From contig CAVWIP010000014.1 in the NCBI GenBank assembly GCA_963755125.1, positions 141,266 through 205,265 on the forward strand: a stretch of DNA of 64,000 bases, read 5' to 3'. The notes beneath the pieces are model-generated. The model was not told the origin of the DNA. It worked only from the letters and a program-made list of their open reading frames with translations, and made no database searches. This document shows positions 1 to 8,463 of the stretch, one piece after another. How positions within the stretch are numbered: position 1 is the stretch's first letter; every line of letters begins with the position of its first letter. The DNA is from an uncultured delta proteobacterium (lineage in GTDB: Bacteria > Myxococcota_A > Polyangia > Fen-1088). The position numbers were made by a program, and so were the translations under genes.

Positions 1-780
1 GCCGGCAAGAAGAAGGACTACGACTGGCGCGTCTCGGCCATGGACCGCGCCATGGAGGCCGGGATCGACGACGTGGGCATCGGCATCCTGTTTGGCCTGG
101 CCGATTGGCGCTTCGAGATCCTGGCGCTCATGCAGCACATCCGGCACCTGGAGGCACGCTTCGGCGTAGGCCCCCACACCATCAGCGTGCCGCGCCTGGA
201 GCCAGCCATCGGATCCGACATTGCGGGCAATCCGCCGCACGCGGTGTCCGACATCGACTTTCGCAAGATCGTCGCGATCCTGCGTTTGGCGGTGCCCTAC
301 ACCGGCATCATCATGTCCACGCGCGAGACGCCCAACATCCGGCGCGAGACATTTGCGCTGGGGGTGTCGCAGATTTCCGCGGGCAGCCGCACCAATCCGG
401 GCGGCTATGCCGAGGCCGTGGCCAACCCGGCGGAATCCAGCCAGTTCCAGCTCGGCGATCATCGCGATCTCGACGAGGTAGTGCGCGACGTGGCGGCCAT
501 GGGCTACGTTCCGTCGTTCTGCACCGCTTGCTACCGACTGGGGCGCACGGGCCAGGACTTCATGGACCTGGCCAAGCCCGGCGCCATCAAATTGCACTGC
601 GATCCCAACGCGCTGTCGACCTTCACCGAGTACCTGGAGGACTACGCCGGTCCGGAAACGCGCAAGGTGGGTGAAGGCCTGGTGGGCAGCACTCTGGCCA
701 ACATGGACGCGCGCCGGAAGGAAATTTCCGAGGCTCTGGTGCGCAAGGTGAAGGGCGGCAAGCGCGACGTCTTCGTGTGA
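1..780 (+). CDS. hydG: [FeFe]-hydrogenase maturase HydG (5' end outside window)
   Basis: Frame open from base 1; C-terminal SFCTACYR...C (CX2CX22C) motif, ISAGSRTNPGGY; followed by aspA-hydF-hydE. Confidence 0.95.
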   Translation, partial: AGKKKDYDWRVSAMDRAMEAGIDDVGIGILFGLADWRFEILALMQHIRHLEARFGVGPHTISVPRLEPAIGSDIAGNPPHAVSDIDFRKIVAILRLAVPYTGIIMSTRETPNIRRETFALGVSQISAGSRTNPGGYAEAVANPAESSQFQLGDHRDLDEVVRDVAAMGYVPSFCTACYRLGRTGQDFMDLAKPGAIKLHCDPNALSTFTEYLEDYAGPETRKVGEGLVGSTLANMDARRKEISEALVRKVKGGKRDVFV

Positions 781-802
781 GGCGAACCACGCGAGGCCCC
801 GC

Positions 803-2221
803 ATGAGCGAAACACGCCGCGAGCAAGACCCGCTGGGAGAGCGGGAGGTTCCCGCGGGAGCGCTGTGGGGCGTGCACACTCTGCGGGCGTTGGAGAATTT
901 CCCGCTGGCCGGGCGCCCCGTGCATCGCGCCCTGGTGCGCGCCTTCGGCGCGGTGAAGGGGGCGTGCGCACTCACCAATCAGCGACTGGGCGCCTGGGCC
1001 GCGGATCCGGCCAAGGGCGACGCCATCGTGGCTGCGTGTGCCGAAATGGCCGCCGGGCAACTCGACGAACATGTCGTCGCGGATGCCTTGCAAGGCGGCG
1101 CTGGCACCAGCACCAACATGAACGTCAACGAGGTGCTGGCCAACCGCGCGTTGCAGATTCTGGGCGAGCCGCTGGGCCACACCCAGCGCGTATCGCCGCT
1201 CGACGACATCAACCTGCACCAGTCGACCAACGACACCTTTCCGACGGCCATGCGGGTGGCGGGCCTGTGGCTGCTGGCGGCGTTGGAAAAAGAGGTCGTG
1301 GCGTTGCAGGAGGCCTTTCAGCAAAAAGAAAGGGTATTCGCCCACATCGTTAAGGTCGGCCGCACCGAGATGCAGGACGCGGTCCTCGTCACCTTGGGAC
1401 GCGAGATGGGCGCCTATGCCGAGGCGCTGGCGCGCGACCGATGGCGTATCTACAAATGCACGGAACGTCTGCGCGTAGTGAATCTCGGGGGCACGGCCAT
1501 CGGCACCGGCCTGGGTGCGCCGCGCACGTTCATCTTTCAGGTGGTGGATGCGCTCTCGCAGTTGACCGGGCTCAGCGTGGCGCGTGCGGAGAATCTCGTC
1601 GAGGCGACGCAGAACGCGGACGTGTTCGCCGAGGTCTCCGGGATGCTCAAGGCCTGTGCGGTGAACTTGTTGAAGATTTCGTCCGACCTACGGCTGCTCT
1701 CGTCCGGTCCTGAGGCAGGTCTAGGCGAGATCAAGCTGCCCGCGCGCCAGGCCGGCTCGTCGATCATGCCCGGTAAGGTGAATCCGGTCATCCCCGAGGC
1801 GGTCAGCCAGGCGGCCATGCTGGTCATGGCCCACGACGCCGCGATCGCGCAGGCGTGCGCAGCCGGCAGTCTGGAACTGAACCCGTTTTTGCCGCTGGTC
1901 GCCCATTGTCTGTTCGACAGCCTGGACCTGCTCGCGCGGGCCGCCGGGATCCTGCGCGTCTTCTGCGTCGAAGGAATGACTGCCGACGAGGAACGCTGCC
2001 GCGCGCATGTGAACGCGTCGACCGCCGTGGTCACGGCATTGGTCGCGCGCGTGGGATACGAAGCCGCGTGCACCATCGCGCGCAAGGCGAGCGAGCGTGG
2101 CTGCTCGATTCGCGACGTGGTCTTGGCGGATGGCATTTTGAATGGGCAAGAGTTCGACGAGTTGACCACGCCCGAGGCGGTGTGCCGCCTGGGCTCGCCG
2201 GATCGGGGAGGGGAGCGATGA
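803..2221 (+). CDS. aspA: Aspartate ammonia-lyase (fumarase/aspartase family)
   Basis: GGAGTSTNMNVNEV, QSTNDTFPT and GSSIMPGKVNP signature. Confidence 0.9.
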   Translation: MSETRREQDPLGEREVPAGALWGVHTLRALENFPLAGRPVHRALVRAFGAVKGACALTNQRLGAWAADPAKGDAIVAACAEMAAGQLDEHVVADALQGGAGTSTNMNVNEVLANRALQILGEPLGHTQRVSPLDDINLHQSTNDTFPTAMRVAGLWLLAALEKEVVALQEAFQQKERVFAHIVKVGRTEMQDAVLVTLGREMGAYAEALARDRWRIYKCTERLRVVNLGGTAIGTGLGAPRTFIFQVVDALSQLTGLSVARAENLVEATQNADVFAEVSGMLKACAVNLLKISSDLRLLSSGPEAGLGEIKLPARQAGSSIMPGKVNPVIPEAVSQAAMLVMAHDAAIAQACAAGSLELNPFLPLVAHCLFDSLDLLARAAGILRVFCVEGMTADEERCRAHVNASTAVVTALVARVGYEAACTIARKASERGCSIRDVVLADGILNGQEFDELTTPEAVCRLGSPDRGGER

Positions 2222-3489
2222 GTGCGATGCACGAGGCGAAGCTATCCACGCCCAAGGGCATGCGGTTGCACGTCGGGATCTTTGGCCGGCGCAACGTGGG
2301 CAAGTCCAGTCTGCTCAACGCGATGGTGCGCCAGCATGTGTCGCTGGTGTCTGACGTGGCGGGAACCACGACAGATCCCGTCGAGAAGCCCATGGAGCTA
2401 CTCCCGCTCGGCCCCGTGCTGTTTATCGACACGGCCGGCATCGACGACGAAGGCGCGCTCGGCGATTTGCGGGTGAAGCGCACGACCGAGGTGTTCGACC
2501 GCACCGATTTGGGCCTGGTGGTGGCGGCGGGCGAATGGGGACCTTTCGAAGATGCGCTGGTACGCGAGATGCAAGCGCGCGGAGTCCCGTTGGTCGTGGC
2601 GTTCAACAAGTCGGATATGGCGCCGGTCCCAGCAGCTCAGTTGGCGGCTTTGCGTGAGCGCGGGCTTTGCACAGTCGAAACCAGCGCGGTCACGGGCGCC
2701 GGACTTCTGGATCTGCGACAGGCACTGCTCACTCAAGCGCCGGCTGACTATCTCGATGCTCGCGCCATCGTCGCCGATCTAGTCGGCCCGGGCGAGATGG
2801 CCGTGCTGGTGGTTCCCATCGACAAGGAAGCGCCCAAGGGACGCTTGATCCTGCCGCAGGTGCAGGTGCTGCGCGATCTGCTGGACCACGACGCGTTCGC
2901 CCTGGTGGTGAAGGAGCGCGAGCTGCGCGCCGCCCTCGCCGGTCTGCGCGCGCCGCCCCGGCTGGTCATCACCGACTCACAGGCCTTCCTCAAGGTGGCC
3001 GCTGACACACCGGCCGTGGTGCCGCTGACAAGTTTCTCGATCCTCTTCGCGCGTCTCAAGGGCGATCTGCTCGCCCAGGTCGAGGGTGCCCTGGCCATCG
3101 AGCACCTCCGGCCCGGCGATCGCGTGCTCATTGCCGAAGCTTGCGCGCATCACCCCATCGGTGAAGACATCGGCCGGGTGAAGATTCCACGCTGGCTCAC
3201 GCAGTACGTGGGCGGCCGCCTCGACTTCCACACCGTGCAGGGACACGACTTCCCGGCGGATCTTTCGCCCTATCGGCTCATCGTCCATTGCGGTTCGTGT
3301 ACGCTCAACCGGCGCGAAGTCTTGAGTCGCATTCTGCGCGCGCGCGCGGCTGGCGTGCCCTTCACCAACTACGGGCTGTGCATCGCCTACAGCCTCGGGA
3401 TCTTTGCGCGTGCCCTGGCTCCCTTTCCGGCAGCGCAGGACGTGCTCTTTCGCCATGAACAGACTCGACACCATACTGGACAAGGATAG
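2218..3489 (+). CDS. hydF: [FeFe]-hydrogenase maturation GTPase HydF
   Basis: ATG overlaps aspA stop (ATGA); GRRNVGKS, DTAG, NKSD GTPase motifs; CAHH and HCGSC FeS ligands. Confidence 0.95.
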   Translation: MSAMHEAKLSTPKGMRLHVGIFGRRNVGKSSLLNAMVRQHVSLVSDVAGTTTDPVEKPMELLPLGPVLFIDTAGIDDEGALGDLRVKRTTEVFDRTDLGLVVAAGEWGPFEDALVREMQARGVPLVVAFNKSDMAPVPAAQLAALRERGLCTVETSAVTGAGLLDLRQALLTQAPADYLDARAIVADLVGPGEMAVLVVPIDKEAPKGRLILPQVQVLRDLLDHDAFALVVKERELRAALAGLRAPPRLVITDSQAFLKVAADTPAVVPLTSFSILFARLKGDLLAQVEGALAIEHLRPGDRVLIAEACAHHPIGEDIGRVKIPRWLTQYVGGRLDFHTVQGHDFPADLSPYRLIVHCGSCTLNRREVLSRILRARAAGVPFTNYGLCIAYSLGIFARALAPFPAAQDVLFRHEQTRHHTGQG

Positions 3490-4558
3490 GCTCGACCCCG
3501 ACGACCTGCCCGTCCTGCTCGGCGCCGACACGCCGGCGAGACACGCGTCCGTGCTGTCCGCGGCCTACGCGGTCAAGTTTCGCGAGATCGGCGCGGTGGT
3601 GTATTTTCGCGGGCTCTTCGAACTGTCGAATCTGTGCACGAAAGACTGCCTGTACTGCGGGATCCGTCGCAGCAACCACAAGGTCGAGCGCTACACCGTT
3701 CCGGTCGACGAAATTCTCAACGGCGCACGCTGGGCCTGGGAGCAAGGGTACGGTTCCGTGGTCTTGCAATCCGGCGAGCGCAGCGATCCGGCTTTCGTGG
3801 ATCTGATCACGGCGCTGGTGACAAAGATTCGTGCGCTTTCGCACGATCAGCTCGCGATAACCTTGTCAGTGGGCGAGCAGTCGGAAGCGACCTTTCGCAC
3901 CTGGTTCGCGGCCGGCGCCGAACGCTACCTGCTGCGCATCGAAACCAGCGACCCGGATTTCTACCGGCGACTTCACCCTGCGGATCACAGTTGGGAGCGC
4001 CGCCGCGACTGTCTGCGCCTGCTCCACGACATCGGCTACCAGCTCGGCTCAGGCGTGATGATCGGTCTGCCCGGCCAGAGCGTCGAGCAACTCGCCCGCG
4101 ACATCCTGTTCTTCGAGCAAGAGAAGGTCGTCATGATCGGCATGGGGCCGTTCATCCCACACGCCGATACGCCCTTGCGCGATGGAATCCGCAACTTCGC
4201 CTGGAAACGGCACGCGCAATTGGCGCTGGCCTTGCGCATGATCGCAGTCACGCGTCTGTACCTGCCGGACGTGAACATCGCGGCTGCGACCGCGCTGCAG
4301 GCCCTGGCTCCGAATGGCCGGGAACAGGGGCTGATGGCCGGGGCCAACGTCATCATGCCCAACCTGACCGATCCGAAATACCGGAGTGCTTACCAGCTCT
4401 ATGACGGCAAGCCGTGCCTGGACGAATCGGCCACGCAGTGCCGCGGCTGTCTGGAAGCACGCATCGCCAGCCTGGGAGAGACCATCGGCTTTGGCCAGCG
4501 CGGGGATTCGCGGCGCTTCGTTGCCCGCCATGGCGTAACTGGTGGAAAAGCTATTTAA
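3455..4558 (+). CDS. hydE: [FeFe]-hydrogenase maturase HydE (radical SAM)
   Basis: CTKDCLYC radical-SAM motif, YLLRIET, GANVIMPN, YQLYDGK; operon context. Confidence 0.93.
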   Translation: MNRLDTILDKDRLDPDDLPVLLGADTPARHASVLSAAYAVKFREIGAVVYFRGLFELSNLCTKDCLYCGIRRSNHKVERYTVPVDEILNGARWAWEQGYGSVVLQSGERSDPAFVDLITALVTKIRALSHDQLAITLSVGEQSEATFRTWFAAGAERYLLRIETSDPDFYRRLHPADHSWERRRDCLRLLHDIGYQLGSGVMIGLPGQSVEQLARDILFFEQEKVVMIGMGPFIPHADTPLRDGIRNFAWKRHAQLALALRMIAVTRLYLPDVNIAAATALQALAPNGREQGLMAGANVIMPNLTDPKYRSAYQLYDGKPCLDESATQCRGCLEARIASLGETIGFGQRGDSRRFVARHGVTGGKAI

Positions 4559-4621
4559 TTTCAGTAAGTTGATAGCACGAGTTGGAACTGGAATCTGTAC
4601 GATAATTAACGAAAACTTCTC

Positions 4622-4651
4622 TTGACGAAAAACGGTTGAAAATGGTACCTT
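4622..4651 (+). promoter_or_regulatory. Sigma70-type promoter of hydCBA
   Basis: TTGACG (4622-4627), 18-nt spacer, extended -10 TGg-TACCTT (4643-4651) in an AT-rich intergenic region. Confidence 0.6.
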
Positions 4652-4653
4652 CG

Positions 4654-4671
4654 TCGTGAAAGATTTCACAG
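4654..4671. promoter_or_regulatory. Rex (NADH/NAD+ sensor) operator
   Basis: TCGTGAA-AGAT-TTCACAG matches the Rex consensus TTGTGAA-N4-TTCACAA, immediately downstream of the -10. Confidence 0.75.
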
Positions 4672-4703
4672 CGTGATGAAAGTAACAAGAAGGATCTGGT
4701 CAG

Positions 4704-5183
4704 ATGACAACAGTCACACAGGACATTCAGCCCATCCTTAAGAAATACCAGAACGCCCGACGCGACTCCCTGATCACGATCTTGCAGGAAGTTCAGGACG
4801 CGCAGGGGTACGTATCGAAGGAGTCGGTCATCGCGATTGGCCAGCACCTGCGGCTGCCTGCCAGCAAGGTATTCGGCGTCGCGACCTTCTACAACCAGTT
4901 CCGCTTCCATCCCGCCGGCAGGTTCCACGTGCAGGTGTGCCGGGGCACGGCCTGTCACGTGAAGGGATCGCTGTCGCTGCTCGATACCGTGAAAAATGAG
5001 CTGAAGATCCTGCCGGGACAGACCAGCCGCGATCAGGTGTTCAGCCTGGAGGTCGTCGCCTGCCTGGGCGCTTGCGGCCTTTCCCCGGTGATGTGCGTGA
5101 ACGGCGAGTTCTTCGCGCGCATGACGCCGACCCGGGCGCGCAAGTTGCTCGACGGCTGTCGCAAGGAGGCGGTGCAGTCATGA
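4704..5183 (+). CDS. hydC: HydC/NuoE-like [2Fe-2S] subunit
   Basis: VATFYNQF, CRGTAC and CLGAC motifs. Confidence 0.92.
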   Translation: MTTVTQDIQPILKKYQNARRDSLITILQEVQDAQGYVSKESVIAIGQHLRLPASKVFGVATFYNQFRFHPAGRFHVQVCRGTACHVKGSLSLLDTVKNELKILPGQTSRDQVFSLEVVACLGACGLSPVMCVNGEFFARMTPTRARKLLDGCRKEAVQS

Positions 5184-8100
5184 CCACCATGCCGAAGTCC
5201 CTGTTCGCCGCGCTCGAGGTTTCGACCACGCCCGATCCGGCTGTGCTGGAGTACCTCAAGGCCGGTGGTGTGGCCAAAGACGCCGGGCAGGAAGCCTATC
5301 TGGCCAGGCTCCGTCGCGACGTGGTCAGCAAGCCTGTCATCTATCTCGGCACCGGAACCTGTGGCATGGGCGCGGGCGCGGCCAAGGTCGGCAATGCGCT
5401 TCGCCAGTACCTGGAAGCCAACCACAAGGACGTCGAGATCGTCGAGGTTGGCTGCATCGGCATGTGCGCGTTCGAGCCCATGCTGGACGTGCAGATGCCA
5501 GGCAAGCGCCGCCTGTCGTTCATGCAGGTCTCGCCCGACAACGTCGCCGCCATCCTGGACGGCGTGTTCGCCGGCAAGATCCCGACCCCGAACCTGGTTG
5601 GTCAATTTCGCGCGGGGCCGGCCGAGGCGTGGGCCGACCTACCCTACCTCGACGAGCATCCCTTCTTCAAGCCGCAGTTGCGCTGGGTGCTGGAATTCTC
5701 GGGCATCATCGATCCGGGCAGCATCGAGGAGTACATCGCGCGCGGCGGATACAAGAGCTTCCTGGAAACCATTCGCAGCAAGACCCGCGAAGCGGTGTGC
5801 GACACGGTCGAGAAGAGCGGGCTGCGCGGCCGCGGCGGCGGCGGCTTCCCCGCCGGCCGCAAGTGGAAGATGGCGCTTAGCCAGTCGAGCGATCAGAAGT
5901 ACCTGATCTGCAACGCCGACGAGGGCGACCCCGGTGCCTTCATGGACCGCGCCTTGATCGAGAGCGATCCGCACAAGCTGCTGGAAGGCATGATGATCGC
6001 CGCCTACGCCATCGGCGCCAAGGACGCCTACGTGTACATTCGCGCCGAGTACCCGCTGGCGGTGCAGCGACTGCGCGAGGCCATCGCGCGCGCTACCGCC
6101 TACGGTCTCATCGGCGATCACATCATGGGCAGCGGATTCAACCTGCAGTTCCACATCAAGATGGGCGCCGGCGCGTTCGTGTGTGGGGAAGAGACCGCGC
6201 TCATGCACAGCATCGAAGGCCGGCGCGGCATGCCGCGGCCGCGGCCTCCCTACCCGGCGCAGAGCGGGCTGTTCGCCAAGCCCACGGTCATCAACAACGT
6301 CGAGACCCTGGCCAACGTGCCGGTGGTCATGCGCAAGGGCGCCGAGGGCTACGCCGCCGTCGGTACCGCCACCAGCAAGGGCACCAAGATCTTCGCGCTC
6401 AGCGGAAAGGTCCAGCGCGCGGGTCTGGTCGAAGTCGCGATGGGAACATCCCTGCGCACCGTCATCTTCGACGTGGGCAGCGGGCCGCCCGCAGGCAAGA
6501 AATTCAAGGCGGTGCAGATCGGCGGTCCCTCGGGCGGCTGCATCCCGCCGCAGTTGCTCGACACGCCCATCGACTACGAAACCCTGAAGAGCGCCGGCGC
6601 CATCATGGGCTCCGGCGGCTTGGTGGTGCTGGACGAGACCACCTGCATGGTGGACTTCGCCAAGTTCTTCATGGAGTTCATCCAGTCCGAAAGCTGCGGC
6701 AAGTGCATCCCCTGTCGCGAGGGCACGCGCCGCATGCTGGAGATCCTCGACGCCATCACCCGGCCGCGGCGCAAGGAAGAGAACATCGATGCGCTGGTTC
6801 GCTTCCAGGGCATCATGCGCCTGGCGGAACTGGCCGAGACCATCAAGATCACCAGCCTGTGCGGCCTGGGGCAGACCGCGCCCAATCCGGTGCTGTCGAC
6901 CCTGCGCTGGTTCCGCGACGAATACGAAGCGCATGTCTTCGAGCGAAGCTGTCCGGCGGGCGCGTGCAAGGATCTGGTGGGCGCGCCCTGCCAGAACACC
7001 TGCCCGGTGGGCACGGAAGCCTGGCGCTACGTCGCGCACATCGCGCGCGGCGAGTACGCGGAAGCCTATCGGGTCATCCGCAGCGCCAACCCGTTCCCCT
7101 CGGCCTGCGCGCGCGTGTGCGACCACCCCTGCGAGCTGATGTGTCGTGCCGGCGCCACCGGTGGCGAGCCGATCGCCGTGCGCACCCTCAAGCGCTTTGT
7201 CGTGGATCGCGTGGCGCCTGACACCTACAAGGAACCGGTCAAGCCCGCGGGGGCCAACGCGCCCAAGATCGCAGTCATCGGCGCCGGCCCGTCTGGGCTG
7301 ACCGCAGCCCACTACCTGGGCGCGATGGGCAACCGGGTCACTGTGTTCGAGCGCGAATCCAAGCCCGGCGGCATGCTGGTCTCGGCCATTCCCGAGTACC
7401 GGCTGCCACGCGAGACATTGCGGAAGGAGATCGACTCTCTGTTGAACGTCAACGTCGAATTGAAGCTCAATCAAACCCTGGGCAAGGACTTCACCATCGA
7501 TTCGTTGATGGACAAGGACGGCTACAAGGCGGTGTACGTGGCCACCGGCGCGCACGAGAGCAAGCGGCTGGGCTTGTCGGGTGACGACGCCGTGGGCGTG
7601 CTCCCCAGCATCAAGTTCCTCAAGGCCTACAACCTGGAGGGCAAGCACCTGGCCAAGGGTCGGGTGGGAATCATCGGCGGCGGCAATTCCGCCATCGACG
7701 CCGCCCGTGTGGCCTTCCGCCAGAAGGGCGTGACCGGCGTGACGGTGTTCTACCGGCGCACGCGGACCGAAATGCCGGCCTACGCCGAGGAGATCGAGGC
7801 AGCCTTGGCCGAGGGTATCGTGCTCAAGCCGCTGGTGGCTCCCATCGGGGTCGTGGTCAAGGACGGCAAGCTCGGCGGAGTGAAGTTCATCAACAATGAA
7901 CTGGGCCCGCTCGACGATTCAGGCCGCCAGCAGCCGGTGCCGATTCCCGGATCGGAACACGTGGTGGATCTGGACACGCTCATCGTGGCCATCAGCGAGC
8001 AACCTGAAGGCGTGGGGCTCAAGGATCTGAAGACCACGCGCTGGGGAACCGTGACCGTCAATCCCGAATCATTCACCACCAGCCGGCCGGGAGTGTTCGC

Positions 8101-8437
8101 CGGCGGCGACGTGACATCTGGCCCCAGCACGGTGATCAAGGCGATCGCCGCGGGCAAGAGCGCGGCGGTCATGCTGCAGAACTTCGTCAGCGGCAAGCTG
8201 CTCAAGCAGTTGCCCAAGGTGAAGCTGCCGTCCTTCTACGTCGAGCCGGTGCAAGTGGCCGGGGAAGAAGAAGAGGGCGACGTGATGGTCGCGCGGGTCA
8301 AGCAGCCCCACCTGCCGGTCGAAAAGCGCCGCGGGAGTTTTGCCGAGGTCGAGTTGTGCATCTCGGAGGAGGCGGCCCAATGTGAGGCGCGGCGCTGCTT
8401 GCGCTGCGACCTGGATTTCACGCGGCCCTTGCACTGA
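5180..8437 (+). CDS. hydB: HydB/NuoF-like flavoprotein fused to a GltD/NfnB-like FAD/NADPH oxidoreductase
   Basis: ATG at 5180 (ATGA overlap); thioredoxin-like [2Fe-2S] N-terminus, GLRGRGGGGFP, NADEGDPGAFMDR, GAFVCGEET, CGKCIPCREG; then CQNTCP, CARVCDHPC, GAGPSG, GGGNSAID, YRR, GGD, RCLRC. Confidence 0.9.
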   Translation: MTTMPKSLFAALEVSTTPDPAVLEYLKAGGVAKDAGQEAYLARLRRDVVSKPVIYLGTGTCGMGAGAAKVGNALRQYLEANHKDVEIVEVGCIGMCAFEPMLDVQMPGKRRLSFMQVSPDNVAAILDGVFAGKIPTPNLVGQFRAGPAEAWADLPYLDEHPFFKPQLRWVLEFSGIIDPGSIEEYIARGGYKSFLETIRSKTREAVCDTVEKSGLRGRGGGGFPAGRKWKMALSQSSDQKYLICNADEGDPGAFMDRALIESDPHKLLEGMMIAAYAIGAKDAYVYIRAEYPLAVQRLREAIARATAYGLIGDHIMGSGFNLQFHIKMGAGAFVCGEETALMHSIEGRRGMPRPRPPYPAQSGLFAKPTVINNVETLANVPVVMRKGAEGYAAVGTATSKGTKIFALSGKVQRAGLVEVAMGTSLRTVIFDVGSGPPAGKKFKAVQIGGPSGGCIPPQLLDTPIDYETLKSAGAIMGSGGLVVLDETTCMVDFAKFFMEFIQSESCGKCIPCREGTRRMLEILDAITRPRRKEENIDALVRFQGIMRLAELAETIKITSLCGLGQTAPNPVLSTLRWFRDEYEAHVFERSCPAGACKDLVGAPCQNTCPVGTEAWRYVAHIARGEYAEAYRVIRSANPFPSACARVCDHPCELMCRAGATGGEPIAVRTLKRFVVDRVAPDTYKEPVKPAGANAPKIAVIGAGPSGLTAAHYLGAMGNRVTVFERESKPGGMLVSAIPEYRLPRETLRKEIDSLLNVNVELKLNQTLGKDFTIDSLMDKDGYKAVYVATGAHESKRLGLSGDDAVGVLPSIKFLKAYNLEGKHLAKGRVGIIGGGNSAIDAARVAFRQKGVTGVTVFYRRTRTEMPAYAEEIEAALAEGIVLKPLVAPIGVVVKDGKLGGVKFINNELGPLDDSGRQQPVPIPGSEHVVDLDTLIVAISEQPEGVGLKDLKTTRWGTVTVNPESFTTSRPGVFAGGDVTSGPSTVIKAIAAGKSAAVMLQNFVSGKLLKQLPKVKLPSFYVEPVQVAGEEEEGDVMVARVKQPHLPVEKRRGSFAEVELCISEEAAQCEARRCLRCDLDFTRPLH

Positions 8438-8463
8438 ACCTGAGTCATCGCGAGGAATACACG

